This document shows positions 9,716 through 19,693 of a stretch of DNA of 64,000 nt, piece after piece. A program made the position numbers and the translations under genes. The notes under the pieces were generated by a model, which saw nothing but the letters and a program-made list of their open reading frames with translations, was not told where the DNA came from and searched no databases. The number at the start of each line of letters is the position of its first letter. The first letter of the stretch is position 1. This DNA comes from Candidatus Zixiibacteriota bacterium (lineage in GTDB: Bacteria > RBG-13-66-14 > B26-G2 > WVWN01), in contig JASFLY010000004.1 of NCBI GenBank assembly GCA_050117845.1, positions 1 through 64,000 of the forward strand, in the 5' to 3' direction.

Positions 9716-10066
9716 ATGCGCAATATCGACTGGGACGAGAAAGGCCCCCTGGAGAACTGGCAGCGCGCCGTGCTGGCGTTCGCGCGGCGCGCCCGCGAGG
9801 AGTTGGGGGACCACATCGTCCACATCATCCTCTACGGCTCCCGGGCCCGGGGCGACTATACCGAGGAATCGGATATAGACGTGCTGGTGGTGGTGCGGGA
9901 CATCGACGCCAGGGATGCCGACGACCGGATATTCCCGTTCGCTTATGAGATGTTGGATGAATACGAGGAACTCCTCTTTCCTCATGTCGTGAGTGAGGAT
10001 GAGTACATAGTCCGCCAAGGTAGGAGTTTTTACATCAACGTTAGGGAGGAGGGTGTGCGCGTATGA
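9716..10066 (+). CDS. Minimal nucleotidyltransferase (MNT), putative antitoxin
   Basis: [18 protein letters not shown] (GS-x10-DxD). Confidence 0.85.
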   Translation: MRNIDWDEKGPLENWQRAVLAFARRAREELGDHIVHIILYGSRARGDYTEESDIDVLVVVRDIDARDADDRIFPFAYEMLDEYEELLFPHVVSEDEYIVRQGRSFYINVREEGVRV

Positions 10067-10458
10067 CTGAAGATATTATTGAAGAGATAAAGGAGAATAT
10101 CGGGGCCGGCCGGGAACGGTTCGCGGCTTTCGAATCGGCTCTGCACGAAGGCCATAACGCGTACGCTGTTTCGCATTTATATTATGTGTGCTTTTATTAC
10201 TTGCGAGGTTTACTACTAACAAAAAGCACAAAATACCAAACGCACAAAGGGATCCTAAACGGATTCCGTTTATTTTTCGTAAAAGAAGGACTAGCGCCCA
10301 TTCCGATGGCGGCGTTCCTGGAGAAATTGGCTCGTAACCGGATTGAAGCCGATTACGAATTCGGAAAATATACTCTTGAGGACGTTGAGGCGATGAAAGT
10401 AAAGGCGGAGGAGTTCATCGCGTTCGCCGAGGATTATCTAAAAAAGTTAATGGATTAA
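10063..10458 (+). CDS. HEPN domain protein, partner of the MNT
   Basis: YY..FY, THKG and RIEADY motifs; ATGA overlap with MNT; visibly AT-richer than neighbours. Confidence 0.85.
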   Translation: MTEDIIEEIKENIGAGRERFAAFESALHEGHNAYAVSHLYYVCFYYLRGLLLTKSTKYQTHKGILNGFRLFFVKEGLAPIPMAAFLEKLARNRIEADYEFGKYTLEDVEAMKVKAEEFIAFAEDYLKKLMD

Positions 10459-10540
10459 AGAAGCTGATGGGCTGAGGTAATAGGCCGCCACGAAACTGAC
10501 GAAAACTGTCCGAAGCCGACGTTAATCTACCGGAGGCATC

Positions 10541-11410
10541 ATGGCAATACTGGTTGACGAGAATACGAAACTCATCGTGCAGGGCATCACGGGCCGCGAC
10601 GGCTCCTTCCACACCGAGCGCATGATCGAGTACGGGACGGGGGTCGTCGCCGGCGTCACCCCCGGCAAGGGCGGCGGCGCCATGGGCGAAGTCCCCATAT
10701 TCGATACCGTGGGCGAGGCGGCCGAGGCCACCGGCGGCAATACCTCCATCATCTTCGTGCCGGTGAAGTTCGCCGCGGACGCCGTGTACGAGGCCGTCGA
10801 CGCGGGCCTCGACCTCGTCGTCATCATCACCGAGGGCGTCCCGGTGGACGACATGAACAAGATTTACCACTACGCCCGTACCCAGGGCACGCGCTTCATC
10901 GGCCCCAACTGCCCGGGCCTCATCAGCCCCGGCAAGGCCAAGGTGGGCATCATGCCCGCGCGCATCCACGAGCCGGGCGGCGTGGGCGTCGTGTCCCGCT
11001 CCGGAACGCTCACCTACGAGGTGGTCTACGCGCTGACGCGCGCCGGTATGGGCCAGACGACCTGCGTCGGCATCGGCGGCGACGCCGTTATAGGCACCGG
11101 CTTCATAGACTGCCTCGAGAAGTTCGAGGCCGACCCGGAAACCAAGGGCGTCGTCCTCATCGGCGAGATAGGCGGCGACGACGAGGAGAAAGCTGCAACC
11201 TACGTCAAAGAAAAAATGTCTAAACCGGTGGTATCGTTCATCGCCGGCCGGACGGCCCCTCCCGGCAAGCGGATGGGCCACGCCGGAGCCATAATCTCCG
11301 GCGGCGCCGGGACCGCCGAGGGCAAACGAGAGGCGCTCACAGCCGCCGGCGTGGGCGTCGCGGATACGCCGAGCGCCATTCCGGCCATGCTCGCGGAACG
11401 GCTCGGCTAA
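10541..11410 (+). CDS. sucD: Succinyl-CoA synthetase alpha subunit
   Basis: [30 protein letters not shown] (phospho-His). Confidence 0.95.
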   Translation: MAILVDENTKLIVQGITGRDGSFHTERMIEYGTGVVAGVTPGKGGGAMGEVPIFDTVGEAAEATGGNTSIIFVPVKFAADAVYEAVDAGLDLVVIITEGVPVDDMNKIYHYARTQGTRFIGPNCPGLISPGKAKVGIMPARIHEPGGVGVVSRSGTLTYEVVYALTRAGMGQTTCVGIGGDAVIGTGFIDCLEKFEADPETKGVVLIGEIGGDDEEKAATYVKEKMSKPVVSFIAGRTAPPGKRMGHAGAIISGGAGTAEGKREALTAAGVGVADTPSAIPAMLAERLG

Positions 11411-11455
11411 GTACGGTTTAAACGCCGGAAACGAAGGCGGGGTCGAATTGTTGTT

Positions 11456-11917
11456 ATGAGAAAAGTAATGCTGCACGGAATGCTTCTCCTGGCGGCGGCC
11501 GGAGGAGGCACGCTGGTCCTGAGTACGCCTGCCGACGTCGCGGCGCAGGACACCATAACTTGCGTTTACTGCAACGGTACGGGCGAGGTAACGTGCGCGT
11601 ACTGCCAGGGCAACGGCACGGTGGAGTGCAACTATTGCGGCGGCACCGGCGAGGTGACGTGCACCTTCTGCAACGGCACCGGCCGGATCCGCTGCGCCGA
11701 TTGTTTCGGCAAAGGGTTCCTGTACGACGACGGCAAGAAAACGGAGTGCACAACCTGCGAGGGCAAGGGCTATATCCATTGCGACTACTGCAACGCCGGG
11801 AAGATGCCCTGCGAGGTATGCAACGGTTCCGGAAAACTCACCTGCCGGATCTGCGACGGGTACGGAACGGTGAAGTGCGCCGTGTGCGAAGGGACCGGCG
11901 AGATGGAGTTGAAGTAA
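11456..11917 (+). CDS. Exported protein built from ten CxxC(xGxG) DnaJ-type zinc-finger repeats
   Basis: Signal-like N-terminus (..VAA-QD); ten CxxC motifs, mostly with an 11-aa period. Confidence 0.75.
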   Translation: MRKVMLHGMLLLAAAGGGTLVLSTPADVAAQDTITCVYCNGTGEVTCAYCQGNGTVECNYCGGTGEVTCTFCNGTGRIRCADCFGKGFLYDDGKKTECTTCEGKGYIHCDYCNAGKMPCEVCNGSGKLTCRICDGYGTVKCAVCEGTGEMELK

Positions 11918-11935
11918 CCCCACGCGAAACGAGCG

Positions 11936-11962
11936 GGCCGCGGCCGAGGCCGCGGCCTTTTT
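11936..11962 (+). terminator. Intrinsic terminator
   Basis: ggccgcggc-cgag-gccgcggcc followed by TTTTT. Confidence 0.8.
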
Positions 11963-11970
11963 CATGCCGC

Positions 11971-11999
11971 TTGACGCCGGGCCCCCGTTTCGCTAAAAT
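11971..11999 (+). promoter_or_regulatory. Sigma70-type promoter for recN
   Basis: TTGACG-N17-TAAAAT. Confidence 0.65.
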
Positions 12000-12016
12000 A
12001 CCTTGTTAATGTAAGT

Positions 12017-13741
12017 ATGCTGAAACAACTCTACATCGAGGACTTCGTGCTGATAGGGCAGGTGGCGCTCGAGTTCGGCCCGGGTTTCACCGTCCTCACC
12101 GGCGAGACCGGCGCCGGCAAGAGCATCATCGTGTCCGCGTTGGAGCTTTTGCTCGGCGGCCGGGGCGACAGCCTCCTCGTGCGCCGCGGCGCCGACCGGG
12201 CCCGGCTGGAGGCCGTCTTCGAGGGCGACGGCCGGGCGGCGGAGCTGCTCGAGGCCGAGGGCATCGAGGGCGACGGCGACGAACTAATCCTGCGCCGGGA
12301 GATAGGCAAGGACGGCCGCAGCCGCTGCTACGCCAACAACCGCCCCGTCACGGTGGCGGGCCTCGCCGCGCTCGCCGGGACGCTGGTCGAACTCCACGGC
12401 CAGTTCTCGGAACTGCCGGCTCTGAAGGGCCGGGGCCAGACCGACCTGTTGGACGACTACGGCGGCCTGGGCGAACTGGCGGGCCGTTACCGCGCGGCGT
12501 ACGAGCGTTGGCAGGCGGGCCGGGCGGAATGCCGGCGGCTCGAGGAATCGCGGGCCGAGCGCGACGTCCTGCTCGACGGCCTGGCCTACATGGTGAAGGA
12601 ACTGGAGGACGCGGCCCTCGACGCCGACGAGGAGGAGGCGCTGCGCGAGAAGCGCGGCCTGGCGCGCCACGCCGTCCGCATCAACCAGGACGTGGAGTCG
12701 GCGCTGGCCCTGTTGAGCGAGGGCGACGGCTCCATCGCCGCGCAACTAACGACCCTCGCCAAACTTCTCGGCGACCTGGGCGAGGTGGTGCCGTCCACCG
12801 CGGCGTTGGCCGGCCGCGTCTCCGAAGTGGCCGCGGTACTCGACGACGTCAACCGGGAGGTCGCGGCGCTCCGGGCGGCCGACGACGGCGAGCCGCTCGA
12901 CCTGGAGGCCATCGAGGGCCGGCTGGCCGTACTCGAGCGCCTGAAGCGCAAGTACGGCCGCGACGTCGCGGGCCTTCTGGTCCACCTCGACGAGTTGAAG
13001 GAGAAGAAGGCGGACCTGGAGCAGGCCGACGACCGATTGGCCGACGCGGAGCGCGAGGCCGCCGCGGCCGCGAAGGAAGCTTCGGCCTTCGCCGCCGAAC
13101 TCACCGCCGGCCGCGAGGATGCGGGCGCCCGGCTGACCGAGCAGGTCGAGGCCGACCTTCCCGCCCTCGGCATGGTGGGGGCCAGGTTCCGCGTCGGTTT
13201 CGACGCGCCGGCCCGGCCCGTTTCGCCGGGCGAGGGGGAAGCGGCGCTGGGGCCGCTCGGCGCGGAGGAGGTAGTCTTCGAACTCGCGGCCAACCCCGGC
13301 GAGGACCTGAAGCCCCTGGCCCGGGTCGCCTCCGGGGGCGAACTCTCCCGGGTGATGCTCGCGGTGCGGTCGGCTTCGGCGGGGGAGGCGGGCCTGGACA
13401 CCGTCGTCTTCGACGAGGTGGACACCGGCATCGGCGGCCGGGTGGGCCACGCCGTGGGTAACCGCTTGCGGGAGCTGGCCGCCGATAAACAGGTCATATG
13501 CGTGACGCACCTGGCGCAAATCGCGGCGCGGGCGAACACGCAGTTCGTCGTGCACAAGACGGTCGGGGGCGACCGCGCGACGATAGACGTAGAGGGCGTC
13601 GACGGCGAAGGCCGGCTCGGCGAGTTGGCGCGGATGTTGGGGGGCGGCAAGCCGCCCACCGCGACGACGCTCCGGTACGCCCGCGAACTTCTGGATACGG
13701 TCCGGCGGGAGGTAAGCGCCGCCGCAGAGAAAGGTGCCTGA
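12017..13741 (+). CDS. recN: DNA repair protein RecN
   Basis: LTGETGAGKS, ASGGELSR, FDEVDTGIGG, QVICVTHLAQIAA; central coiled coil. Confidence 0.95.
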   Translation: MLKQLYIEDFVLIGQVALEFGPGFTVLTGETGAGKSIIVSALELLLGGRGDSLLVRRGADRARLEAVFEGDGRAAELLEAEGIEGDGDELILRREIGKDGRSRCYANNRPVTVAGLAALAGTLVELHGQFSELPALKGRGQTDLLDDYGGLGELAGRYRAAYERWQAGRAECRRLEESRAERDVLLDGLAYMVKELEDAALDADEEEALREKRGLARHAVRINQDVESALALLSEGDGSIAAQLTTLAKLLGDLGEVVPSTAALAGRVSEVAAVLDDVNREVAALRAADDGEPLDLEAIEGRLAVLERLKRKYGRDVAGLLVHLDELKEKKADLEQADDRLADAEREAAAAAKEASAFAAELTAGREDAGARLTEQVEADLPALGMVGARFRVGFDAPARPVSPGEGEAALGPLGAEEVVFELAANPGEDLKPLARVASGGELSRVMLAVRSASAGEAGLDTVVFDEVDTGIGGRVGHAVGNRLRELAADKQVICVTHLAQIAARANTQFVVHKTVGGDRATIDVEGVDGEGRLGELARMLGGGKPPTATTLRYARELLDTVRREVSAAAEKGA

Positions 13742-13743
13742 TT

Positions 13744-13959
13744 ATGAAGAAGACGTTGCTTTGGATCCTATTTTTCCTGTTTCTGGCTTTGATTATCAGC
13801 CCGCTCGACCTGGCGCCCGGGCCGATAGACGACGTCATCTACGGCATTATAAACATGATCATCGTGGCTCTCCTCGGCTTCTCCCCGGATAAGAAAAAGA
13901 AGAAGGAGCTCCCCCCTTCCGAAGAAGGAGAGAGCTCGGTTATTGACGAAGAACGCTAA
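13744..13959 (+). CDS. Small membrane protein, DUF1232-like
   Basis: MKKTLLWILFFLFLALIISPLDLAPGPIDD (SPxDxxP...DD); real start lies inside ORF 13498..13959. Confidence 0.65.
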   Translation: MKKTLLWILFFLFLALIISPLDLAPGPIDDVIYGIINMIIVALLGFSPDKKKKKELPPSEEGESSVIDEER

Positions 13960-13989
13960 GGGGCGTTTACGCCCCGTCGTGGGCCGGCG

Positions 13990-14154
13990 CTAGCAGCAAT
14001 CGGCGTCGGCCTTTCCCTTGCCTTCCTTCCCGGACGAGCAGCAGCAGAACATCGGCAAGTGCTTCACGAAATGTTCCGCCTTGTCGCCCTTGATTCGGAT
14101 GGTGTATTCGCCGTCCTTCTCTTCCACTTTCAACTCGAATATATTTTTATCCAC
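13990..14154 (-). CDS. 54-aa Cys-rich microprotein, absent from the ORF track
   Basis: RBS gaaaggaggt then GTG; MDKNIFELKVEEKDGEYTIRIKGDKAEHFVKHLPMFCCCSSGKEGKGKADADCC*. Confidence 0.7.
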   Translation of the reverse strand: MDKNIFELKVEEKDGEYTIRIKGDKAEHFVKHLPMFCCCSSGKEGKGKADADCC

Positions 14155-14225
14155 GGTACCACCTCCTTTCGTTGTTTGCTATATTTGGATATTTAAAACG
14201 TTGGATAATCACCGGTAAATTTTTT

Positions 14226-14519
14226 TTACTTCTTCGTGGTCCCGCCGGCCTCGTTGTTTATCTCGAACTCCTTGCGGACGCACCCGCACACCGACGACAG
14301 GAATTCCTTGTTCATGGAATAATAAACGGTCGTGCCTTCTTTTTGGGCGATGACCAGGCCGGCGTCGCGCAGGATCCGGAGGTGGTGCGATATCGCCGGT
14401 TGGCTGAGGTGGAAGCGCTCGACTATTTCGCCGACGCTGAGACGCTCGCAACAGAGCGCCTTCAGTATGGCGGCGCGGACCGGGTCGCCGAGGGCTTTAA
14501 GTGGCGTACATATATCCAT
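14226..14519 (-). CDS. ArsR/SmtB family transcriptional repressor
   Basis: KALGDPVR, SQPAISHHLRILRDAGLV, G..VYYS; several Cys residues. Confidence 0.9.
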   Translation of the reverse strand: MDICTPLKALGDPVRAAILKALCCERLSVGEIVERFHLSQPAISHHLRILRDAGLVIAQKEGTTVYYSMNKEFLSSVCGCVRKEFEINNEAGGTTKK

Positions 14520-14573
14520 ACATTTAAATATATAACACGGGGGGCGGGAAAAGTCAAGCCCTTTCCGCTTTCC

Positions 14574-15818
14574 CTACGCCCCGAACTTCTCGGCCCGGCC
14601 GGACAGGTTCAACAATATCTGCAGTACGTCCCGGCCTCGTATCCGCCCCACGCCGCCGGTGGACGCCGGCCTCTCGCCGTAGGCCTCCACCGCGTCGGGC
14701 CGCGTGCCCGGCCCGTAGAAGATAATGGGCACCGCGTCGCCGCTGTGGTCGCGCACCGCTACGGGCGTGGCGTGGTCGCCCAGTACCGCCAGGTGGCCGC
14801 CCGGCGGGAAGGCCGCGATCAACGGCTCCACGGCCCGGTCGATGCGCTCTATTATGTCCACCTTGGCCCGGGCGTCGCCGTCGTGGCCCGCCACGTCCGG
14901 CCCCTTGACGTTCGCGAGTACGAGGTCGTATTTTTTTACCGCCCCGATGACGGCCGCGACCAACGCGTCGAGGTTGGTGTCCAGGCCGCCGTCGACCGAA
15001 TCGGGCAGGGGAACGATGTCCAGGCCGCAGTAGCGGGCGATGCCGCGAATAAGGCCCACCTCCACCACCGCCCCCGCCGTCAGATGATGAACGTCGGTCA
15101 GCGCCGGAATGTGGGGGGCGAGGCCCGCGCCCCGGGGGAGCAGGATGTTCGCCGGGAGTTCGCCGGCCCCGGCCCGTTCGACGTTTACGGGATGGTCCCG
15201 CAGCTTTTCGTAGGATAATTCGACGAATTGGTTGACCACCGCCGCGGCCTTCTTGTCGGCGTCGGAAGTCCCCTGGGCCTCGGCCACGGGCCGGCCGTCG
15301 TCGTGGGGGTCGACGTCCGTGACGACGGCGCCCAGCCCCTCGCCGCGCAGCACCAGCGCCGCCCGGTGGGCCGTCGATTCCGTGACGTAGCACGTGACGC
15401 CGTCGAGTTCGGCGCCGTTCAGCGGGGCCACGAGCTCGGCGGTCCCTTCGGTTATCCGGCCCGCCCGCCGGTCCACGACGATCAGCTCGCCGCCGCGCTC
15501 CTCCACCGTGGCGAAGTTGCAACGGAAGGCCACGTCGCCCGGCCGTACGTCCATCCCCACGCCCAACGCCTCGAAAGGCCCCCGGCCCGTATAGTACTCG
15601 TACGGGTCGTAGCCGAGCAGCGCGAGGTGGGAGGTGTCCGAACCGGCGCGCACGCCCGGCGCGATGGGGTCCATCAGGCCCGACTCGCCCTCCCGGGCCA
15701 GCCGGTCGAAGTTCGGCGTACGTGCGGCCTCGAGCGGCGTCAGGCCGTCCAACTCCGCCACCGGCCTGTCGGCGATGCCGTCGCATATGAAGATTAGTAT
15801 TTTACCCTTCTCGGTCAT
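14574..15818 (-). CDS. apgM: 2,3-bisphosphoglycerate-independent phosphoglycerate mutase, archaeal ApgM type
   Basis: DGIADRP, TPLEAARTPNFD, AGSDTSHL, YTGRGPFEALG, KGPDVAGHDG, DHATP; start ATG at 15818. Confidence 0.9.
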   Translation of the reverse strand: MTEKGKILIFICDGIADRPVAELDGLTPLEAARTPNFDRLAREGESGLMDPIAPGVRAGSDTSHLALLGYDPYEYYTGRGPFEALGVGMDVRPGDVAFRCNFATVEERGGELIVVDRRAGRITEGTAELVAPLNGAELDGVTCYVTESTAHRAALVLRGEGLGAVVTDVDPHDDGRPVAEAQGTSDADKKAAAVVNQFVELSYEKLRDHPVNVERAGAGELPANILLPRGAGLAPHIPALTDVHHLTAGAVVEVGLIRGIARYCGLDIVPLPDSVDGGLDTNLDALVAAVIGAVKKYDLVLANVKGPDVAGHDGDARAKVDIIERIDRAVEPLIAAFPPGGHLAVLGDHATPVAVRDHSGDAVPIIFYGPGTRPDAVEAYGERPASTGGVGRIRGRDVLQILLNLSGRAEKFGA

Positions 15819-15820
15819 AA

Positions 15821-17278
15821 TCAGTACGCCTTCGCGAAATAGGCCCACGTCCGGCCTTCCTCGCCGCAGCCGACGCATTTCGTCCCGGCCGCGTCCTCGC
15901 CCTCGAGTTTGAGGAATCGTATGGTGGCCCCCGTCTCCTCCGAGATGCGCGCCTCGCATTCGGTGTCGCCGCACCACGGCGCCCGTACGAAGCCGGGCCG
16001 CCCCTCGAAGAGCAGGTGGAAGTCGTCGCCGTTCTCGACGGACTTCGTGTTCTCGTCGCGGTAAGCCGTGGCGGCGGCCAGCATGTCGGCCTGAATCGCG
16101 TCGAGTTCGGCGCGGGCCCAGGCCGCGACCTCGGCCGCGGGCACCGGCGTCTTCTGCCGATTGTCCCGCCGCACCGCCGTCACGACGCCCTTCTCGAGGT
16201 CCTTGGGGCCGAGCTCCAGGCGCAGCGGTACGCCGCGCATCTCCCACTCGTTGAATTTCCATCCCGGTTTATATTCGTCGCGGTCGTCCAGCTTGACCCG
16301 CAGGCCCGCCGCTTTCAACTCCTCGGCGAGCGCGGCGGCCCCCGTCAAAACCTCCGACTTCGTCCCCTCGAAGGTTATCGGCACGATGACGACCTGGACC
16401 GGCGCCACTCTCGGCGGTATCTTCAGGCCCGCGTCGTCGCCGTGCACCATGATGAGGGCGCCGATGAGCCGGGTGGTGACGCCCCAGGACGTCTGCCACA
16501 CGTAGTGGAGCTGGTTGTCCTCTTCCAGGAAGGTGATGTCGAAGACCTTGGCGAAGTGCTGCCCCAGGTTGTGGGAGGTCCCGGCCTGCAGGGCCCGGCC
16601 GTCCGGCATCAGGCCCTCGACGGTGTACGTCTGGACCGCCCCGGGGAATTTTTCGCGGTCGGTCTTGATGCCCCGGTAAACCGGGATCGCGAGGACGTCG
16701 TGCATGAAGTCGGCGTAGACGCCGAGCATCTTCAGCGCTTCCTCCTCCGCCTCCTCGGCGGTGCGGTGGGCCGTATGGCCCTCCTGCCATAGGAACTCGG
16801 TGGTGCGGAGGAAAAGCCGCGTTACCTTTTCCCATCGGAGGATGTTGGCCCACTGGTTGATGAGCACCGGGAGGTCCCGCCAGGAGCGGATCCATTTCGA
16901 GTACATCTGGCAGATGATGGCCTCGGACGTGGGCCGGATGGCCAGCCTTTCCTCCAGCGTCTCGTTCCCGCCCTGCGTCACCCAGGCCACCTGGGGAGTG
17001 AAGCCCTCGGTGTGCTCGGCCTCTTTGGCGAGGTAGGATTCCGGGATGAGCAGCGGGAAGTAGGCGTTCTCGTGGCCGGTCGCTTTTATCTCGGCGTCGA
17101 GCGCGGCTTTCAGGTATTCCCACATCGCGAAGCCGTACGGCCTTATTACCATGCATCCCCGGACGGGGGCGTAGTCGGCGAGTTCGGCCTTGCGGACGAC
17201 GTCGATATACCACTGGGAAAAGTCGACGTCCCGGCGGCAGATTTCCTTTACGAATTCCTTATCTTCGTGTTCGGCCAT
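15821..17278 (-). CDS. proS: Proline--tRNA ligase, archaeal/eukaryote-like type
   Basis: RPTSE, NQWANILRWE, FLRTTEFLWQEGHT, QTSWGVTTR, C-terminal AKAY. Confidence 0.95.
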   Translation of the reverse strand: MAEHEDKEFVKEICRRDVDFSQWYIDVVRKAELADYAPVRGCMVIRPYGFAMWEYLKAALDAEIKATGHENAYFPLLIPESYLAKEAEHTEGFTPQVAWVTQGGNETLEERLAIRPTSEAIICQMYSKWIRSWRDLPVLINQWANILRWEKVTRLFLRTTEFLWQEGHTAHRTAEEAEEEALKMLGVYADFMHDVLAIPVYRGIKTDREKFPGAVQTYTVEGLMPDGRALQAGTSHNLGQHFAKVFDITFLEEDNQLHYVWQTSWGVTTRLIGALIMVHGDDAGLKIPPRVAPVQVVIVPITFEGTKSEVLTGAAALAEELKAAGLRVKLDDRDEYKPGWKFNEWEMRGVPLRLELGPKDLEKGVVTAVRRDNRQKTPVPAAEVAAWARAELDAIQADMLAAATAYRDENTKSVENGDDFHLLFEGRPGFVRAPWCGDTECEARISEETGATIRFLKLEGEDAAGTKCVGCGEEGRTWAYFAKAY

Positions 17279-17345
17279 GTCAACTCCGGGATTAAATTTT
17301 CGAGTGCGGGGGAGCCGCTTTATACCATAAAGGGGGGTGTTTTGT

Positions 17346-18863
17346 CTACGCCGTCGACGGGGAATCGGCGGCGGGAGAGGTCGCCGGGGGCAGCGGTTCC
17401 GGCGAGGGGAGGGCGGCCCGGGCGGCTTCGATTTTTACCGTGGCCCGATGCAGCGCCGCCGCCGCGGCGAGAGCGACGAAGAAGGACTGGCCGCCCCGTA
17501 TTATCGTTTCGAAAGACCCGGATACGATTACCGCGACGAACCACGCCTCGTAGACGTCGTTTAGTAGGCCGTATTCCGGGAGGCCTACCCGGCGGCATCG
17601 CCGCCCGTTGGCGCGGAATATTAAATACGTCGATACCAGTAAGCCCAGGAAGAAGACGAAGCCCAGGATACCGTTTTCAACCAGGATATCGAGAAAACCG
17701 CTATGGGAGACTTTTACGTGGGATAAAGGGCCTCGGACTTCCCCGGCGTATTCGGCCTGGTATATGCGGCCGAAAGTCCGGGGGCCGACGCCGATTATGG
17801 GCGACCTCGTGAATATTTCCAATGCCGAGCGGTAAACGTAGCCTCGCGATCCCCCCGTAGCCTCTTTCGTCTCCCCGGAGATAACGGCCCCGAACCATTC
17901 TTCCTGCCGCGCCGTGTATTTCCCCGGTATGAGTACGAACGCGCCTACCAATACGAGCGCCGCCGCGGCGTAGGGCAGGAGGTTCTTCCTCCTCTTTATC
18001 AACTGGTACGTAAACGTAACGATCACGGTCAGAAGGCCGCCGCGGGACCCCGTTAGGATAATCGTTACGAGGCATAACGAAAGGCCTCCGAGATAGAAGG
18101 CTTTTTTCTTCAGTTCGCTCCCCGCGAGCGTAAGCACCAAGAGCACGGCCGCGGCTTCGTTCGAGACCATGGCGAGGCCGTTGGCGTTTCCCAGCGTACC
18201 CGCGGCCCGCACGATGCCTTTCAGCGCGACGGACGCGACCCCCGATAGGCACGCGACAAGCAAGGAGAAAAGCGATACCCAGATGAAGCGCGACAACCAC
18301 TTTTTGTCGGCGAATAGGTTTACGAAGAGCAGATAAAGAATTACGTTCTGGCCCATCTGGAAGATATGGGTCCAAACGTTTTTCCACGCCATCGCCGCGA
18401 ATGCCGATATCAGCGTGGCCATGAATAGGCCGTAAAGAAATACCAATTGTGTCTTATGGCCGAATACCGGCCGCACCTTCTTCGTTACCAGAAGCGCGAT
18501 AAAACCTACAAGGGTGAATACGCCCAGGCTCTTCGTCATCGTTACGCCGAGGCCTTTTATTAGCGACTCGACGTGCAAGCCCCGGGCGAGCGACCGGTAA
18601 ACCCTCAGCGCTAAAACGCCAAAATGAGGTTTTATAATTATCGCGACCAGCGACACGGCCAATATGGATATTTGCAATAAACGCAGCGGGCTTCCCCGGA
18701 AATACGCGAAGTATCCCACTACGAAAACCAGCGTGACCGCCAGGGCGGTAACCGTGCGCCGGGTGTTCGTGCCCCAGGCCAGCGCCGACAGGCGGCGGAA
18801 CGCTCCCCGAAGGGGTCCTTCGGCCCCCGGGACGCGCCGGAATATCGTCGTGCCGATACGCAT
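17346..18863 (-). CDS. O-antigen ligase/polymerase family (Wzy_C) membrane protein
   Basis: RAAGTLGNAN, TGSRGG, PIIGVG, HSGFLDILVENGILG; many TM helices; AT-richer than flanks. Confidence 0.8.
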   Translation of the reverse strand: MRIGTTIFRRVPGAEGPLRGAFRRLSALAWGTNTRRTVTALAVTLVFVVGYFAYFRGSPLRLLQISILAVSLVAIIIKPHFGVLALRVYRSLARGLHVESLIKGLGVTMTKSLGVFTLVGFIALLVTKKVRPVFGHKTQLVFLYGLFMATLISAFAAMAWKNVWTHIFQMGQNVILYLLFVNLFADKKWLSRFIWVSLFSLLVACLSGVASVALKGIVRAAGTLGNANGLAMVSNEAAAVLLVLTLAGSELKKKAFYLGGLSLCLVTIILTGSRGGLLTVIVTFTYQLIKRRKNLLPYAAAALVLVGAFVLIPGKYTARQEEWFGAVISGETKEATGGSRGYVYRSALEIFTRSPIIGVGPRTFGRIYQAEYAGEVRGPLSHVKVSHSGFLDILVENGILGFVFFLGLLVSTYLIFRANGRRCRRVGLPEYGLLNDVYEAWFVAVIVSGSFETIIRGGQSFFVALAAAAALHRATVKIEAARAALPSPEPLPPATSPAADSPSTA

Positions 18864-19015
18864 ATCGATTAGTCCGTTTAACGCTAAGGCCGGTGCGAGC
18901 CGGCCGTATTTTCGTTAAAATACTAGCAGATTACGCCGAAATGTAAAGGCTTTTTGCCCTCCGCGCGGCCGTGGTGGCGGCCCCGCGGCGCTTATGGTAT
19001 CATTGTATAAGCGTT

Positions 19016-19693
19016 ATGAGAAAAGCACTCGCTATCCTGCTGATGGCGGCCGCCGTGGCCGGCGCCCAGTGGCAGGCCGAAGAGCCCGCGGCCGGCCTTC
19101 TGGTCGTCGCCAAACTCAAGTACGGCGGCGGCGGCGACTGGTACGTCAATCCCACCGCCCTCCCCAACCTCCACCGGGCCCTCCGCGAACGGCTGGACCT
19201 GCCCGCGGCCCCCATCCGTGACGACGTCGTGGCGGACGTCGCCGGCGACGGCCTCTCCCGCTACCCGATCCTCCACATGACCGGCCACGGCAACGTCCGC
19301 TTCTCCGAGGATGAGGTGTTGCGCCTCCGGGCCTATCTCGAGCGGGGCGGCTTCCTGCACGTCGACGACAATTACGGCCTGGACGAGTCGTGGCGCCGCG
19401 AGTGCAAGCGGCTGTTCCCCGACGACCCCCTCGTCGAGCTGCCGCCCGACCACGAGATTTACCACACCTATTACGATTTCCCCGACGGCATCCCCAAGAT
19501 CCACGAGCACCACGGCGGCCCCGCCCGGGGCTACGCCGTCTTCCACGAAGGCCGGATGGTCGTATTCTACTCCTACAATACCGACCTGGGGGACGGCTGG
19601 GAGGACGCCGACGTGCACGACGACCCGCCGGACAAGCGCGAGGCCGCCCTGCAGATGGGCGTGAACATCATCCTCTACGCGCTGACGCATTAA
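19016..19693 (+). CDS. DUF4159 domain exported protein
   Basis: KYGGGGDWY, YPILHMTGHG, GGFLHVDDNYG, DLGDGWE, MGVNI; signal peptide from ATG 19016. Confidence 0.85.
   Translation: MRKALAILLMAAAVAGAQWQAEEPAAGLLVVAKLKYGGGGDWYVNPTALPNLHRALRERLDLPAAPIRDDVVADVAGDGLSRYPILHMTGHGNVRFSEDEVLRLRAYLERGGFLHVDDNYGLDESWRRECKRLFPDDPLVELPPDHEIYHTYYDFPDGIPKIHEHHGGPARGYAVFHEGRMVVFYSYNTDLGDGWEDADVHDDPPDKREAALQMGVNIILYALTH

Noticed and set aside
11456..11917. Multiheme cytochrome c
   Set aside because: Motifs are CxxCxG; none is CxxCH.
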